Shown here: positions 15,492 to 31,137 of the stretch, in pieces
Numbering within the stretch: position 1 is the first letter of the stretch
How the letters are laid out: each line of letters opens with the position of its first letter
Source: Adineta vaga
Lineage: Eukaryota > Animalia > Rotifera
NCBI GenBank assembly: GCA_021613535.1
Contig: CP075496.1
Location: 1,736,001 to 1,800,000 of the forward strand
Length of the DNA stretch: 64,000 nucleotides
Direction: 5' to 3'
Made by a program: the position numbers and the translations under genes
The notes under the pieces: model-generated
Seen by the model: only the letters and a program-made list of their open reading frames with translations
The model's database searches: none
What the model was told of the DNA's origin: nothing

Positions 15492-18400
15492 ATGACCGAG
15501 TAAGATTTCTCTTATCTAATAAATTTTCAAATTCTTCTTCTAGACGTTCAATTCATTGTACATTTCATCATGTATCTCCTGATCTTGTTCAAATTCTCTC
15601 GTCATCTTTATCCATTCGTTCGTTATCAAAGAGTAAAGATAATCAATATACATATACATGTTCATTATCAATTGCACGTCATATTCGTTCAATTCTGGCT
15701 GATTCCCTTGCCGAATATCCGCAAATATGGTTTTCAATTGATCATCTCAGTCATTCATCATCGAAACTTTTCAAAGACTCTCAACCTCTCGATCATCTTT
15801 ATTTTGGTTCTTTACTTTCAACAGAAAAATTTCTCATTCATTCAACGCCTCTCAATGATAGAAAATCATGGACAATTCGTATTGATCCAAAACAAAATCT
15901 TCTACTTCAATCTTCCGACGAACAATTATCAATTCCATTGAAATTTCTTCATAAAGAGATTCTCGTTATTGATAGTGAAGACTTTTCCGAAATCATTTTC
16001 AGTTACAATTCAATTTCAATCGATCGTCCAGCAAAGTAAAAACCTCTTCTTCTTCTTCTTCTTCCTAATATTCGATCTGATTGATCGTTATAGATTGTAT
16101 GGAAATCATCCATTAGTTCAATCATTAAATCAATGCAGCGATTTCTTAATATGTTTCTCGCCAAAATCTCGTGTTGATACATTTCTTGATTATCTTCAAA
16201 TCAATCATCATTTTCGAATCTTTTATACAATTCTAACAGTACAATCGAGTATTTCTCAATGGTCCACGAATTGTTTCGAAGATTATCAAACAGATTATTC
16301 ACGTTACGGTCTATCGATATTACATTCGTTAGGTTATGTTTTCGATGATAAATATTTAACAAATAAAAATCTTCAAAATCAAATGAAAATCTTAGCAGAA
16401 GAAAATGAAAATCAATTCTATCAATTATCATTGAAAGTTTATTATGAATTGAAAAAATGTCATTGGTTGAATCTAAGTACACTTTTTCAACAAAATTCTA
16501 CGAAAATCTTAGGAAATAATGACAAAAATCTGTATGTATCTGTTATTCATTTAACACCGACTCGTTTATTAATCATGCCGAAAGAAAAGACGAAAGGTCA
16601 TCGTGTTATACGTCATTCACAATTTCAAGGTATTGATGATTTTTGTCTTGTTTATATCAAACCTGATCCTCCAAATCTTTATTTAAATGACAATCATCAA
16701 TTACTTGATTATTTTCAAGAAATCTTCGAAAGAGGAATTGATTTTAATGGATATAAATATCATTTGTTTGGTTCATCGAATTCTCAATTGAAAGAACATT
16801 CATTTTGGTTTATAAAATCCCTGTCATTAGATGAAATTCATCGAAAACGACAAATTCTTGGTCAATTCGATCAAATACGAAATTTAGGAACATATGTTGC
16901 TCGGTTAGGTTTATGGTTTAGTAAAACTGATTCGACGAATGTAAGTTTTTTCATGTATAGAATTCGTTAAGATCAATGAAATTTTGAATTTCTTAGATTA
17001 AATTGATTTATTGTTCGAATGAAAGGGAATTTTCAACTCGTGTTCAACAAGGAGAGATGTGTGTTGTGATGATTGAAGATATTGAAAGAAATAATTATTG
17101 TTTTACGGACGGATGTGGATTAATTTCGAAAGGTTTAGCAAAATTAATACAAGAAACACAAGAGAAATTAGATGTTCTTCCATCAGCTTATCAAATTCGT
17201 TTAGCGGGATGTAAAGGTTTGATTATTCTCGATCCACAATCTACATTTCAACAATTCTACATGAAAATTCGACCATCAATGAAAAAATTCGAATGTAATC
17301 ATTGGTTTTTAGATATTTGTGATTATAGTCGAGCAAGTAAACGAAGTTTTGATTTGGAAATAGATGATCTATTAGGGAATTTTAGCACCAAGTCGATTGA
17401 ATAATCAATTCATATGGTTATTATCCGATCTTGGAGTATCAGATAAAACATTACTTCAACTTCAACAACGATGGTTTAGTAAGAAACCGTCATCTTCAAA
17501 TTATTCTACGTTAGAATGAAAGACTTCAAAATGTGCTTTTTGACCTTGACATGATTTTCTTTTAGGGACATATTGAAGAATAAGATTCCATTACCTGTTA
17601 ATGAATGTCGTTATATCTATGGTTGTACATTAGAATCGCAACTTGAAGAAGGACAATGTTTTCTTCGTTATGAAGTATTAAATTCTCATGGAAAATCATT
17701 GACAAATCGAAAGTTTGAATGTGTTCGAGGAAGAATTATTGTTACGAAAAATCCATGGTAAATTCTTCTTATTGAAGAAAGAAATTTTCTTAGAAAATAT
17801 TTTAGTCCATATGCTGGAGATATGTTAGAATTATGGGCAGTAGATTTACCAGAGTTACATCATTTAAATGATGTGATTGTGTTTTCTGTTCGTGGTGAAC
17901 GTAAGATTTATTTATTCCTTCATTTTGTTTATAATAAGGACATTTTCAGGACCAGATTTTAATAAAATCGCTGGATCGGATCTTGATGGTGATGGATATT
18001 TCGTAAGGATTTCTATTTTCATAGAATTTCGTTTTCTTTTCATTGACTTTCGTAGGTTTATTGGGGAGAAGAATTACGTCTTAAACGTCAAGTAAAACCT
18101 TTGGATTATACACCGGATGAAAAACAATATCAATCAACAGCAATTTCACCGAAAGATATTATTCGATATTGTTTATCAACATTAAATGCAACGAATTCAG
18201 GTGAAATCTATAATGTACATGCAGTTATTGTTGATAAAAATTATGAAAATCATTCTCAACGAACTTGTCAACCATTAGCAATTGAATTAGCTCGAATGTT
18301 TTCATCTTCTGGTTTGTTTGTTTTTCTTCGATAAGTTGAACTAGAAGAATTGTTTGTGTTTAGTCGATTCGGGTAAAACAGGTTATGTGGTGGATAAAAA

Positions 18401-19919
18401 ACGTATTCAACAAATTCGAGCAACTTATGGAAAGACTTATCCCGATTTCTTAGGTAAAGATAAGAAAAAATCGTATACATCAACTTCCATCGTTGGAAAA
18501 CTTTATCATAATGCATTGAATTATATCCATGGAAAAACAGATGAATTAGAAAAGATCTTTGCTCAATTGAATGTCGATGATAATCATGATCAATTAAATA
18601 CCGTAAAATAAAGATTTCCAATCTTATGCTATAAAAGAATCTTATTTCGATATTTTAGTCTTTGAAAGTCACAACAGATCAACAACCTTTACATCCCGGT
18701 TCACCATTATCACCCATACAAAATATCGATTTAATCAATGTAAAAATCTTCAAAATTTCTTTCAAATAATTTCATTTACATTTAGAATGATCAATCAAAT
18801 CTTTCTGTTAAAGAAATTCCACCTCAATTTCTTCTGATTGATGGTATGACATCATTTAAATCTTCAATTCGATTATCTTCCTCGACAAAACCATTCTATT
18901 CTGAACATACTGATCTTACTCGTTTTCGTATTGAACTAGATTTTTACTCATCATCACCATCGTTATCTTCTCTTTTCTTCGAACAACTTTCAACTCTTCT
19001 AACTGTAATTCATCCTAATGAATATTCTTCAATGATCATTTCATTTGGATATATTTATCTATTAAAATATCCTGAACAAAATCGACAAACAATCGATTCT
19101 TCGAAAACAATAGATTCATTATTAAATCATCATTTTTTACCTTCATTAGGCGATACATTCTTTCCATCGACTATTCTTGAACGTATTGAAATAAATCAAG
19201 AAAATGCCGAGTGTTTACAACAAATATTTTATAAATCAAATCATCGAATTAAACGCGAAGTAAACGAATTTAGTTTTTGTAGATCTTTCGATTCATTTGT
19301 TGAGCTCTTTTAGTACATCGAATCCATATCGGATAGTCTTTATTTAGTTTTTCCTTGGTTTAAAATGAATTTTATTGAACATCAACGTGAAATTCTTTTG
19401 ATTTGTTTAAATATCAAATCGGAAAAAGAAATTTGTATACATTTTGATAAAAATGGTCGAATTAAATCCATGGAAAACTTACCAAAACTATTCTTCAAAT
19501 GTTTTCATCAACAAACATCTTCCTGTCGTCCTGATATTCTCTATGAATATCGTTCTTATTCAAAAATTCCTCAGGAAAATTATTCAACTATATTCAAACA
19601 TCAAACATTACTTGATCCAACTCATCCATTAACACTTCCATTTGAAAACAACATTATTCCAATTGTATCTTATAGTATAATTACAAATATCTTTCAATAT
19701 AATGATCTTCAAGTTCATATTCAACGAATTTATACACCAATTCATTATAAGAATGATGATTGTTATCAATTGCGATGTATATTAGGTTATATTGAACAAC
19801 TTGAACAACAACAATCTATTGAAATTCATGTACAAATGAATAGAAAAGAAGATTTAAATCGAGAAAAATTACGATATTTAATGGCATTAACAATGGAACT
19901 TAGTCAAATGTTAGAATAA
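15492..19919 (+). CDS. Cellular (RNAi-type) RNA-dependent RNA polymerase, multi-exon, with an unrecognised C-terminal extension
   Basis: Conserved RdRP motifs in order: GSSNSQLKE, ARLGLWFS, DIERNNYCFTDGCGLIS, PSAYQIRLAGCKG, RPSMKKF, LNNQFIWLLSDLGV, VTKNPC, catalytic AGSDLDGD (DLDGD at ~17979-17993), VDSGKTG, SIVGKLY. Start inferred from ATG ACC GA|gtaag at 15492 splicing into an open exon. Confidence 0.9.
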
Positions 19920-20179
19920 TTGATGAATTCTGTTGTGATTAAAATCTATTGAACAGTTCTTTCTCTTTATTCTTTCGTTTGTATAAATTTATCTGTCTGA
20001 ACACAAATAAACAATGACACTTTTTGATTTCGAAACATATCTTTGAGATTCGTCAATGATCGTAGATAGAATAAAGAGATTTGATTAATCTGATGATCAG
20101 TTTTTATTTGAAATGAAAAAAGAAAACGTCAAATACGATAGAATGAATAAAAAGCACGTTTGATTACAAAATAAATCTA

Positions 20180-22627
20180 TTATTCGGCTTTTTGAGCTGT
20201 TGTATTTGCTGCTCTTTCTGCATCAGCCATTGCTCCACCTTCCCCAGCTCCTTTGTCTTCACCCTGAAAAAAGATAAACTCATGAAATTTCTTCTAATCA
20301 AATAAATAGATCGAAACTTACAGCTGCTTTTCGTTCTCGTCTACGTTTTTCATCTTCAATAATTTTCCAAAAGTCTTTTTCCGCTTTTTCAATTGGATCA
20401 CCTTCTTTCAATTCCGATTCTTCTGTTGCACCATCCGTCGTTGTTTTTTCCGGTTTCTAACAAAAGAACAATCAAAAGATGAAACAATTAATAATAATTT
20501 CATTTACTTCTCCGCCTGCTGCTTTTCCTCGAACATCACGTTTAGCACGACTTCTTGCTTCAAGAACCTTAGCACGTCTTGTTTCACGATCAAACATCTA
20601 GAAAATAAATCAATTTAAAGAAATTTCTATGAAATCCTTATGAAAACTTACACCAGAAATTAAACCTTTTTCGCTTTTGCCCTGCGTACATAAATTATCC
20701 GAAACTTCAACTAATGTGACCGTACCATTCTGTGATCCACAAGCTATAAGTCGACCATGAGTTTCTTGAACACGTAAACAATGTAATGGTTCATCAACCA
20801 CTTGAATTGATAGAGTTGGTTCATTTTGTTTAAATAAAATATCCCATACATCCAATGTACCTGAAACAAATGTTTTGCGATTTCTTAGAAGAAATCTATT
20901 CTTTACATACCATCCATTTTAGTTGTATAAAAGATTGATGATCGTATTGGCGACCATTGTGCATCAGTAAGTGCATACATACTTGGTCTACATAAAATCG
21001 AAAGAAGTAAATGTAAATAAAATTGAAAGGTTCGATAGAAAATTACTTAGTCCACATGATACAATCGTCTTTCAATTCTTCGGACCATATACGTACAGTC
21101 CAATCACCAACAGAAAGAAAATTCTTTGTGAAATTTGGATGACGTTGAAGTGCATAGACTGGACCCCAATGTCCTGGAAAGACTGTAACGATTTTTTCTG
21201 CATCATTTTTTCCTTTTCGATTACACGAAATAATTCGTCCTTGTTCAGTACCAACCATAAATTTAGTTGGCTAGAATTACCAAACAATTTCGTCGTAAAA
21301 TAAATCAAATTTTATTCTTTACTTACAATGGTTGGTTCATATTCAAGTGTCATAGCACCAAGAGCATTTTCTAATCGACCTTTCTTTTCAGTATCTAATA
21401 TTAATGTATCAACTGGTTCAGATAATTTCTTTGTATCCCACCAGAGAACCTAAGTAGAGAACGTTATGTATCGATGAATGATGATCATTTCGTTTACTTT
21501 GCCATCTGTTGACGCCGAAAAGAATTCAGTACCAGATTTTGATTGTAACCAAATAGTTTTATAAGCAGGATCTCGATGACTATTTTCAATAAGAGATTGT
21601 TCAACAGCAGTACTGCCTTTACGCGTATCGAATATACCTTTTCAAAATAGCAAAGAAAACGAAAGTTTACTCTTGAAATTTTCTCGGCTTATTTTAACAT
21701 ACAAACTTGACCGTTGTAACAGCCACCGACGAGTTGATGTGCATCTTTAGGATTAAATTCTACACAAACAAGTGGCGAGATTGGTTTAAGAAAAAAATCA
21801 GGTTTAGTTGGATTTTCTAGAAGATAAAACAAGAATTAAATTTTTTGTTTTATTTATTAAAATAAGATAAATACCAATATCCCAAATGTATGAATCGATA
21901 TAAGTATCATTTCCTGCTGCTTGAAATCCGAGATTACAATAGGACACAGCTATTTTTCGTGCACCATCAGCATTCCATGAGATATGATTAGCTGTACGTC
22001 GAACATTATGTGGATCACTAAAATACAACATTTTCTTCTCTCAGAGAACTTAATTGAATTTATATTTACCGATAGATATTGATTGTTTTAGCATAAGGTG
22101 GTTCTTCGACTACATCAGCTTCGATATGTTGAAAATAATTTTCATAGATATCAACTGCATTATTTTGTTTAATAGTATGTGCAATTGACTAAAATCAGAA
22201 AATGAATACATATAAAACAAAAGATTTTCTAACTTGTCCAAGTGAAACAACAGCTCGGCCGTAACCATCTTCTTTTTCCGTTTTTTTTCGAAAACGTGTT
22301 GTTTGATCAGGTTCAAGTTGATTGACATCTTTCGGCCAACCACCTTCCACATGATTGATGCCTCGATGTTCGGTTTCGAATCGAACAGTATTTACCTGAA
22401 ATATTTCAACTAATAAATAAATAAATATATAAGTATTTTCCTACCCAATGCTCAGAAAATTCACGGACATGTTGTACACCAGTATCAACTGGATTGCGAG
22501 GAATATAATCATGAATTAATTCAGGATTTGGCTGAATATCAGCAATGATTTCTACAGCTCGATCAACGAAATGAACTTGACGACCGAATTCCGAGCGCTT
22601 TTTCGTATAAACATATTGCATGTCCAT
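20180..22627 (-). CDS. DNAI2: Axonemal outer-arm dynein intermediate chain 2 (WD40), multi-exon
   Basis: N-terminus [17 protein letters not shown], plus [29 protein letters not shown] and [14 protein letters not shown], which are characteristic of the DNAI2/IC2 family. Confidence 0.92.
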
Positions 22628-23678
22628 GTTTCTGGTTGAAGTATAAAAAAGGTTTGTTAGAAAAACTATTGATGATCATTAGCATCGATTTTGTATTGAA
22701 TTCAACTGAGCAACGGCCTCTCTACTAAATCTGTTGCTATGAAGAAGATGTCGTTACATAACGCACTCATGTTTACAATTCTTTCCTCTACATCGCATGA
22801 AATTCTATTCATATCAATTCATAGAAGCATAAAAAATCGATTCAACCAATTCTAATTAAAATCATTTATTCCTAAAAGTATTTGTAATTAACCATACATT
22901 AAACTTAGATCAAGATGAATAAATCTTGTTGTTTGATTCTAATAATAATCGAACGTGAGCTATTCAAGCTTAATGCCTTCTTCATTTTGCACTAACATAA
23001 GATGTGCACTCATCATATATGGTATCTACTGATTGATGATGATGAAATGTCACACTTTATTCAAGAGTTTAATTGTTTTCTTTTTCTTTTCTATAACGTG
23101 ACACTTTGGACATAAATGGTTCATTTTCTATTCTTAAAGTATGATGATAATGCAAAATTTGAAGTAATATTATATAGAATATTGTTTTTTACTTTCTTGA
23201 ATATCGTTCTACTCGATTCAATAATATAATGACTAAGAAAGGGGATGTGTTAATTGAAAATGAAAATGACATTTGAAAACGTGTGATTACTTTCTTTTTA
23301 CACTTCATACACATGCGTCCAACCATTTGTTCTCGATAGATTTTTGGTAAAAATATAAAATCTAGTTTTCTAATAGAAAGAAAACTCGTAGTGAATGATA
23401 GAAATCCTTGTGTCTATGATTTGATTGAGCTTAATAAGTTATAAAGTAATTATAATATCGTTCATTCTCTTTGATTATTATGTACTTTAATTTTTGTACT
23501 TATCGATCAATCTGGAAACGACGCACATCCGTTTGTTAATAAAAAGAAAATAGCAGTGGAGTATTCTTTTATTTTTCTAATTTAAAATAAAAATTCCCCT
23601 CTCTCTCTTTCTCTTTCTCTCTTATAAACTTAGAATGATATTTTGTCATTTCTTTTTTGTCATCATAGAAGAATAGCA

Positions 23679-24704
23679 ATGACAACAGATTACGCCAATT
23701 CTTCATCAACACCTGAAAAACTTACATTATTAGTATTTATTGCTGCAATTGTTATTGGCAATGTAAGTTTAAAATTGTATCTTAACAAAATATTATCTTC
23801 TAAAAATCGATTCATTTAGATATGCGTCTTCATCACGTATCTTGTTCGTGCTGATGGAAAACATTGGTCAAATGTGTTTGTATTAGGTATGGCATTTATC
23901 GATCTATTTATTGGTGGTTTTGTTCTTCCAATGCGTTTTATAAGTGCATACGGAAGTTCCTTAACAGCAAAACTATGTGCAGCTCTAGCTGTTGGTGAAT
24001 CTTGTGCAATGGCAGCTGTGATCTATGCGATCATATTCATGATTTACACACGTTTATATAATCTAAAAAAACCTACAACATATATTCATCGACGTTTTCT
24101 GATTACATTATTACTTTTATCTTGGATAATTCTCTTTCTATTTTATGGTATTCCATTTATGACAAATTATACAAGTTATCTTTTAATCGTTACATCAACA
24201 ACATCAAATTTAACAACATATTGTACAACTTATACAACATCAGTTTTTCGTCCATTATGGATGTCTTATACAGAAATAGGAGTTATTTATGGTTTACCAT
24301 TATTATTTATTCTTATTGGATTAATTTTTCTTACACGACATTTATGTCAACGTCGACCAAGAAAATTAGAAGTAAACGAACGGAAAATTTACAATAATGA
24401 ACGAAAAATGACTTGGCATGTTTTCTTAATAGGAGCAACATTTCTATGTCTTTGGTTTCCTTGGATAACACTTCGTATAATCACTATTTTTTACAATACA
24501 CATGAAATTCAACGTGCCTTACAATTTGCCTATTATGTACTAATTCTTAAATGTGTTATATTTCCTCTTCTCTATGCCTCAACCAATGCATCCTTTCGTG
24601 GATCATTTGCTATTTATAGGCATCGAAGAATTGTAATGAATAATCGTGTTTGGGCCTTACAGGGTCCTCGTCGAGATTCAACCCAACGTCATCGTGGATA
24701 TTAA
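23679..24704 (+). CDS. Class A (rhodopsin-like) orphan GPCR, two exons
   Basis: TM1 ...IVIGN, TM2 GMAFIDL..G..VLP, TM6 FLCLWFP, TM7 FPLLY..TNASFR. One short intron at ~23763-23819. Confidence 0.85.
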
Positions 24705-24841
24705 ATATTCAACGACAAAACTATACATATGACAAACTCTGTTCTTATTTTTATTGAAATAAATAAATAAATATATAAATATATATATATGAGAGAAAAG
24801 AATTTGTTTGATTAACGATATATTGAGATGAGATCGAAAAA

Positions 24842-26517
24842 TTAACATGCTTGTTCATTACAAGTTTTCACTTGTGTATAATCGCCAGTACAATTTTTGC
24901 CAGCTAATAGTGGATCTTCGAGAGTTATTTCAGGTTCGGGAATTGATGGTGATGGATTATTGCAAAGACGTGAACGTGTCATTTGACCAGTACCACACGG
25001 TTTTGAACAGGTCGACCATTGGGTCCAGGATGAAAATCCGCCATCAACTGAAAAAGAAGAGCGAGAACACGTAGAATATATATTTGTCTAGAGACATATA
25101 AGTAATAAATCTTACCGATACATCGTGCAACAACTGCAAATAATTCTTTAATATCGCTCGATGCTAATGATCGATCATATTTACAATCATAGAAATCTTT
25201 TTCTGTTCCATCACATAAAATACCCGGATAACAAGTCGAATTAAATCGAATTGGATTCAGAAAAGCTAAATCAAACAATATTATTCTTAAGATAAATAAA
25301 TTATTCGAATTACCATATTGTGCACCACGTACTAAACCAATTGATTTACAAACCTGAAGACAAAGTTTTTTTGTAAACAATCATCTTTTCAAAATCTTAG
25401 TTTTTTTTCTCTTACTAAATCAGCCATATGTTTTGCCATTGATGAACTATTCTGTGGTACACATAAAATATCTCCTTCTCGAATCGCTAAATATCCTTTC
25501 AAAGGAAATTTTTCTGCTTCAGTTTGTTTAATACCTAAAAGTCAAAAAACCTTCATTATCGACCATCTCAGCAAACCAATTCTACCTGCAACACGTTGAC
25601 AATTCGCTTCTCCACAAGCTCTTTGTTCATCTGTATAATTTCCACAATTTGAACCAGGTGGATTACATGAACGATTACGTTGTTTAAAACCAATTCCACA
25701 AAATGTTGAACATGGTGTCCATGGTGTCCATGGACCATAAACTACCGAACAATATCAATAATCAAAATCAATCATCGTTTGAGGTTTTACCTGGACAATG
25801 TGTGATATCGCATGGTTGTATTTCAATATCTTTTCCAATACATTGATCACTTGACAACTTTTGTGTTCGATCATTTGCTGCTAAACATTGACGTTTACGA
25901 AATCGATAACCTTCACCACATGTAACACTACAAACTGACCAATCGTTAAAATCTGTCCAGACATTTGTTTCTATAGATGAATATTGATGAACAATCAGTC
26001 AATTTGAAAAAAGAAGAATCTCTTACCGATCTTATCACAATCATCGGGTGTTGATTGTCCATTCAAACAAACGCAAGTTGCAACTTTTCTACCTGAACTA
26101 TCATAATCAACACAAATGGCACCTGATTTGCAATTCATTTTGTCACAAACATTCGATTGAACTTCTTCTCGCTACAGAAAAATTCATTGGAATAATTCAC
26201 TCAATTTCTTTTCAACTTACGATTTTAATGATATCAGAATCGAGTTTTCTCGTCGAATCTTCATATAGAGAACACATTTTCTTAGTTGCATCATATGCAT
26301 AACCTGTACATATCGATTGATCTTTTACACATTCAATTGCACATTGATATTCATTTAATAGAGCGAAATCAACATAAGATGTTGATTTTGATACACTTGC
26401 TGGAGTTAAACGTAATTTATTTAAAGTTTGTTCAGTGAATTTAATTAACGATTGTCCAGAATTTGTTGTAATAGAAGAGAAAAGTAGAATATTTGTAAGA
26501 AATAGTAACACACTCAT
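24842..26517 (-). CDS. Secreted protein with PAN/apple, EGF, TSP1 x2, SRCR-like and C-terminal TSP1 domains
   Basis: Signal peptide MSVLLFLTNILLFSSITTNSG. PAN motif CAIECVKDQSICTGYAY...CSLY. TSP1 motifs WSVCSVTCG, WTPCSTFCG and WSTCSKPCG. SRCR-like VCKSIG...CDGTEKDFYDC. Stop TAA at 24842-24844. Confidence 0.75.
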
Positions 26518-26901
26518 GATCGATAGTCGAGTTGATAAATGTGTGAAAAGAACAAATATAAGTAAGGACAAGGTAAGGTTAAGTCTATGGAGAATTAGTT
26601 TACGATTAATATTCTTTCGTTTTGTTTATGAGGGATATTAGTTATAGTCTCAATGACGACACGAATAGTTGATTTTTCTGTTGTTATTAATCTTAAAGTA
26701 ATTCTCAAGAGAATTAATTGAATATTTCATTTTTAATGTGAATTATGAGTTCAAGACAAGAACAGCAAGTTTTGAAGATCGCTAAGGAATTGATTAAATT
26801 AAAACTCTAGTGAATCTTAATTAGTTTCGGTCAATTGAAAATGACAAATGATCGAGAATTTTCTCAGTTGAACATATTCGAATAGTTCACAGAATATTTA
26901 T

Positions 26902-28109
26902 TCATTTATCATGAATTGTCATATAGTAAAGACATCCTTTTAAACCTAAATCATCATCATCAATTAACGTAAGTGGAACACGTGCAACAATTTCACTCAT
27001 TTTCGGTCCTTGATCTAAATAAGATTTAAGTAAAAGATTTTCAGGATTGTTTTGCCAACGCCATGCTAATTTAGGTAGAATACCACCAGTGATATATAAA
27101 CCACGATAAGGTAGAAATGTTTGAGCTGCTGTACCTAATGTTCGACCATAGATATCCAGAAATGTATCAACAACTCGAAGACATAAGGAATCTTGATAAT
27201 CACAAGCATGTTGAGCTATAATTGCTGGTGCATCATCTTGTGAAACTTTTTCAAGATCTTCATTCAATTTCGATGTTAATGATTGATTTAAATATTCGGA
27301 ATAAAATTGTAACATTGTGACAAAAGCTGGACCAGAAACAAGTTGTTCAATTTCGATAAATGATTGATGACGACGTAAATATTTTAATAAACACCATTCT
27401 TCTTCTGATCGTGGACTAAATGTATCTGTCATTCCTGCTTCAGATGGATGAACTTGATACCGACCTGAACCATCTGGCGAAAGATAACATGCACCAAGAC
27501 CTGTACCAGCACCGAGACAAGCAACTGGTGATTTAGTTTCAGAAGTTTCTTCAGTAGAACTTGTATGAAGAACAATAATTTTAGTCGATTGACATAAGGC
27601 ATTTGCTCGAGGATCTACTTGTGCAGCAAGACAATAACCAATTGCTTCAAAATCATTCAAGAAAATGAGCGAATTTGGCTTAAGTTTTAAATAATTTTCA
27701 ATATCATCTGCATGTTGTGTTGGCCATCCTGAACCATCAGGTTCCATACGAACATTATTTGCATCATTACTTCGACGATTATTCCAAATCGGACCACAAA
27801 CAGCTAAAACTATACGAATACTAAAGAGATGATAGAAAAAAAAACATCATTTACAATACTATTCAATTACTTTTTATTTAAAATAGCATTTCGTATATCT
27901 TCTTGTTGATGTTCTTCATTTGAAATCTCATTGAGAAATCGTTGTAAAATTTCACCAAGACCTGTAAAAGTATTTGTTCGATACGTTTGTCGACTTATAT
28001 GTAAAATTGATGGTGTTAATAATGTTTGATTATAATTATACCAAAGAAATTGTACACGTGCATTTGTACCACCAATATCACCAACAATAACTGCACATGA
28101 TTTCGACAT
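26902..28109 (-). CDS. glk: Bacterial-type (Glk, non-ROK) glucokinase with one spliceosomal intron
   Basis: Motifs VGDIGGTNAR, LAVCGP, LNDFEAIGY, GAGTGLG, SEAG, EQLVSG, GLYITGGI and GLKG. A 50-nt GT-AG intron at 27821-27870 joins the two ORFs in frame. Confidence 0.88.
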
Positions 28110-28413
28110 CTCTTTCTCGATTATCTATCTACTTGAAATAGAACTATCAAAATGAATTGATATCAGTAGATTCTTTTTCAAACTAAATGTCTTATCTATT
28201 GTTGAAAGATGATAAATCTTATCGAAAGATACATTCTTCAGTTTCATTTTCTCTCGTTGTTAACTTTTAATTTAACTTGTAAATGAAAACAAACAAAATC
28301 AATATTTGTCAAAACTTTCTGAATATTCAACGTGAATCATATGTATGTCGACTGTAATTACACAATCACAATTATAAATATATTTAAGTAGAGAATAGAA
28401 CTATAAACGAAAC

Positions 28414-28623
28414 GGTGACTGGCATGCTTTATGATCGTTACATCGAAGAGTGAGGGACGATGCCTGTTGTCTTGCAACAGCAGTCAATACTTACGCGATG
28501 ACAGTACATGGACGGTGGATTCGAACAGAGTCATCCGCTAAGGAGTGCTGCGCAACTCACCAACCGAGCGAAGTATTGCACTGAATCGTGTACTTTAAAA
28601 CCGATCTACACAATCCAGTCACC
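28414..28623 (-). mobile_element. Putative small non-autonomous element with a tRNA-like (Pol III A/B box) core
   Basis: GC-richer island. The minus strand has an A-box-like TCGCTCGGTTGG (~28560-28571) and B-box GTTCGAATCC (28517-28526). Bounded by a 9-bp inverted repeat GGTGACTGG / CCAGTCACC. Confidence 0.4.
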
Positions 28624-28775
28624 TTACATTTTTTTTTCGTAATTATTCGATTTATTAGGAGAACTACAGTTTATTTTTTAATAAATAGATGTGAACTATA
28701 TTTGATTAAATAAAATGAGTATAGATGAAATCTTATTCCCAATGAAAAAAATGATTGAAATTCATAATTTTGAAC

Positions 28776-31137
<2,362 letters not shown>

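Noticed and set aside
15492-19919. Viral origin of the RdRP
   Set aside because: It has the DLDGD double-psi-barrel cellular RdRP motifs and many introns, not a viral GDD palm polymerase.
28500-28580. Functional tRNA gene
   Set aside because: A/B-box-like motifs are present but the T-stem and acceptor stem do not pair.
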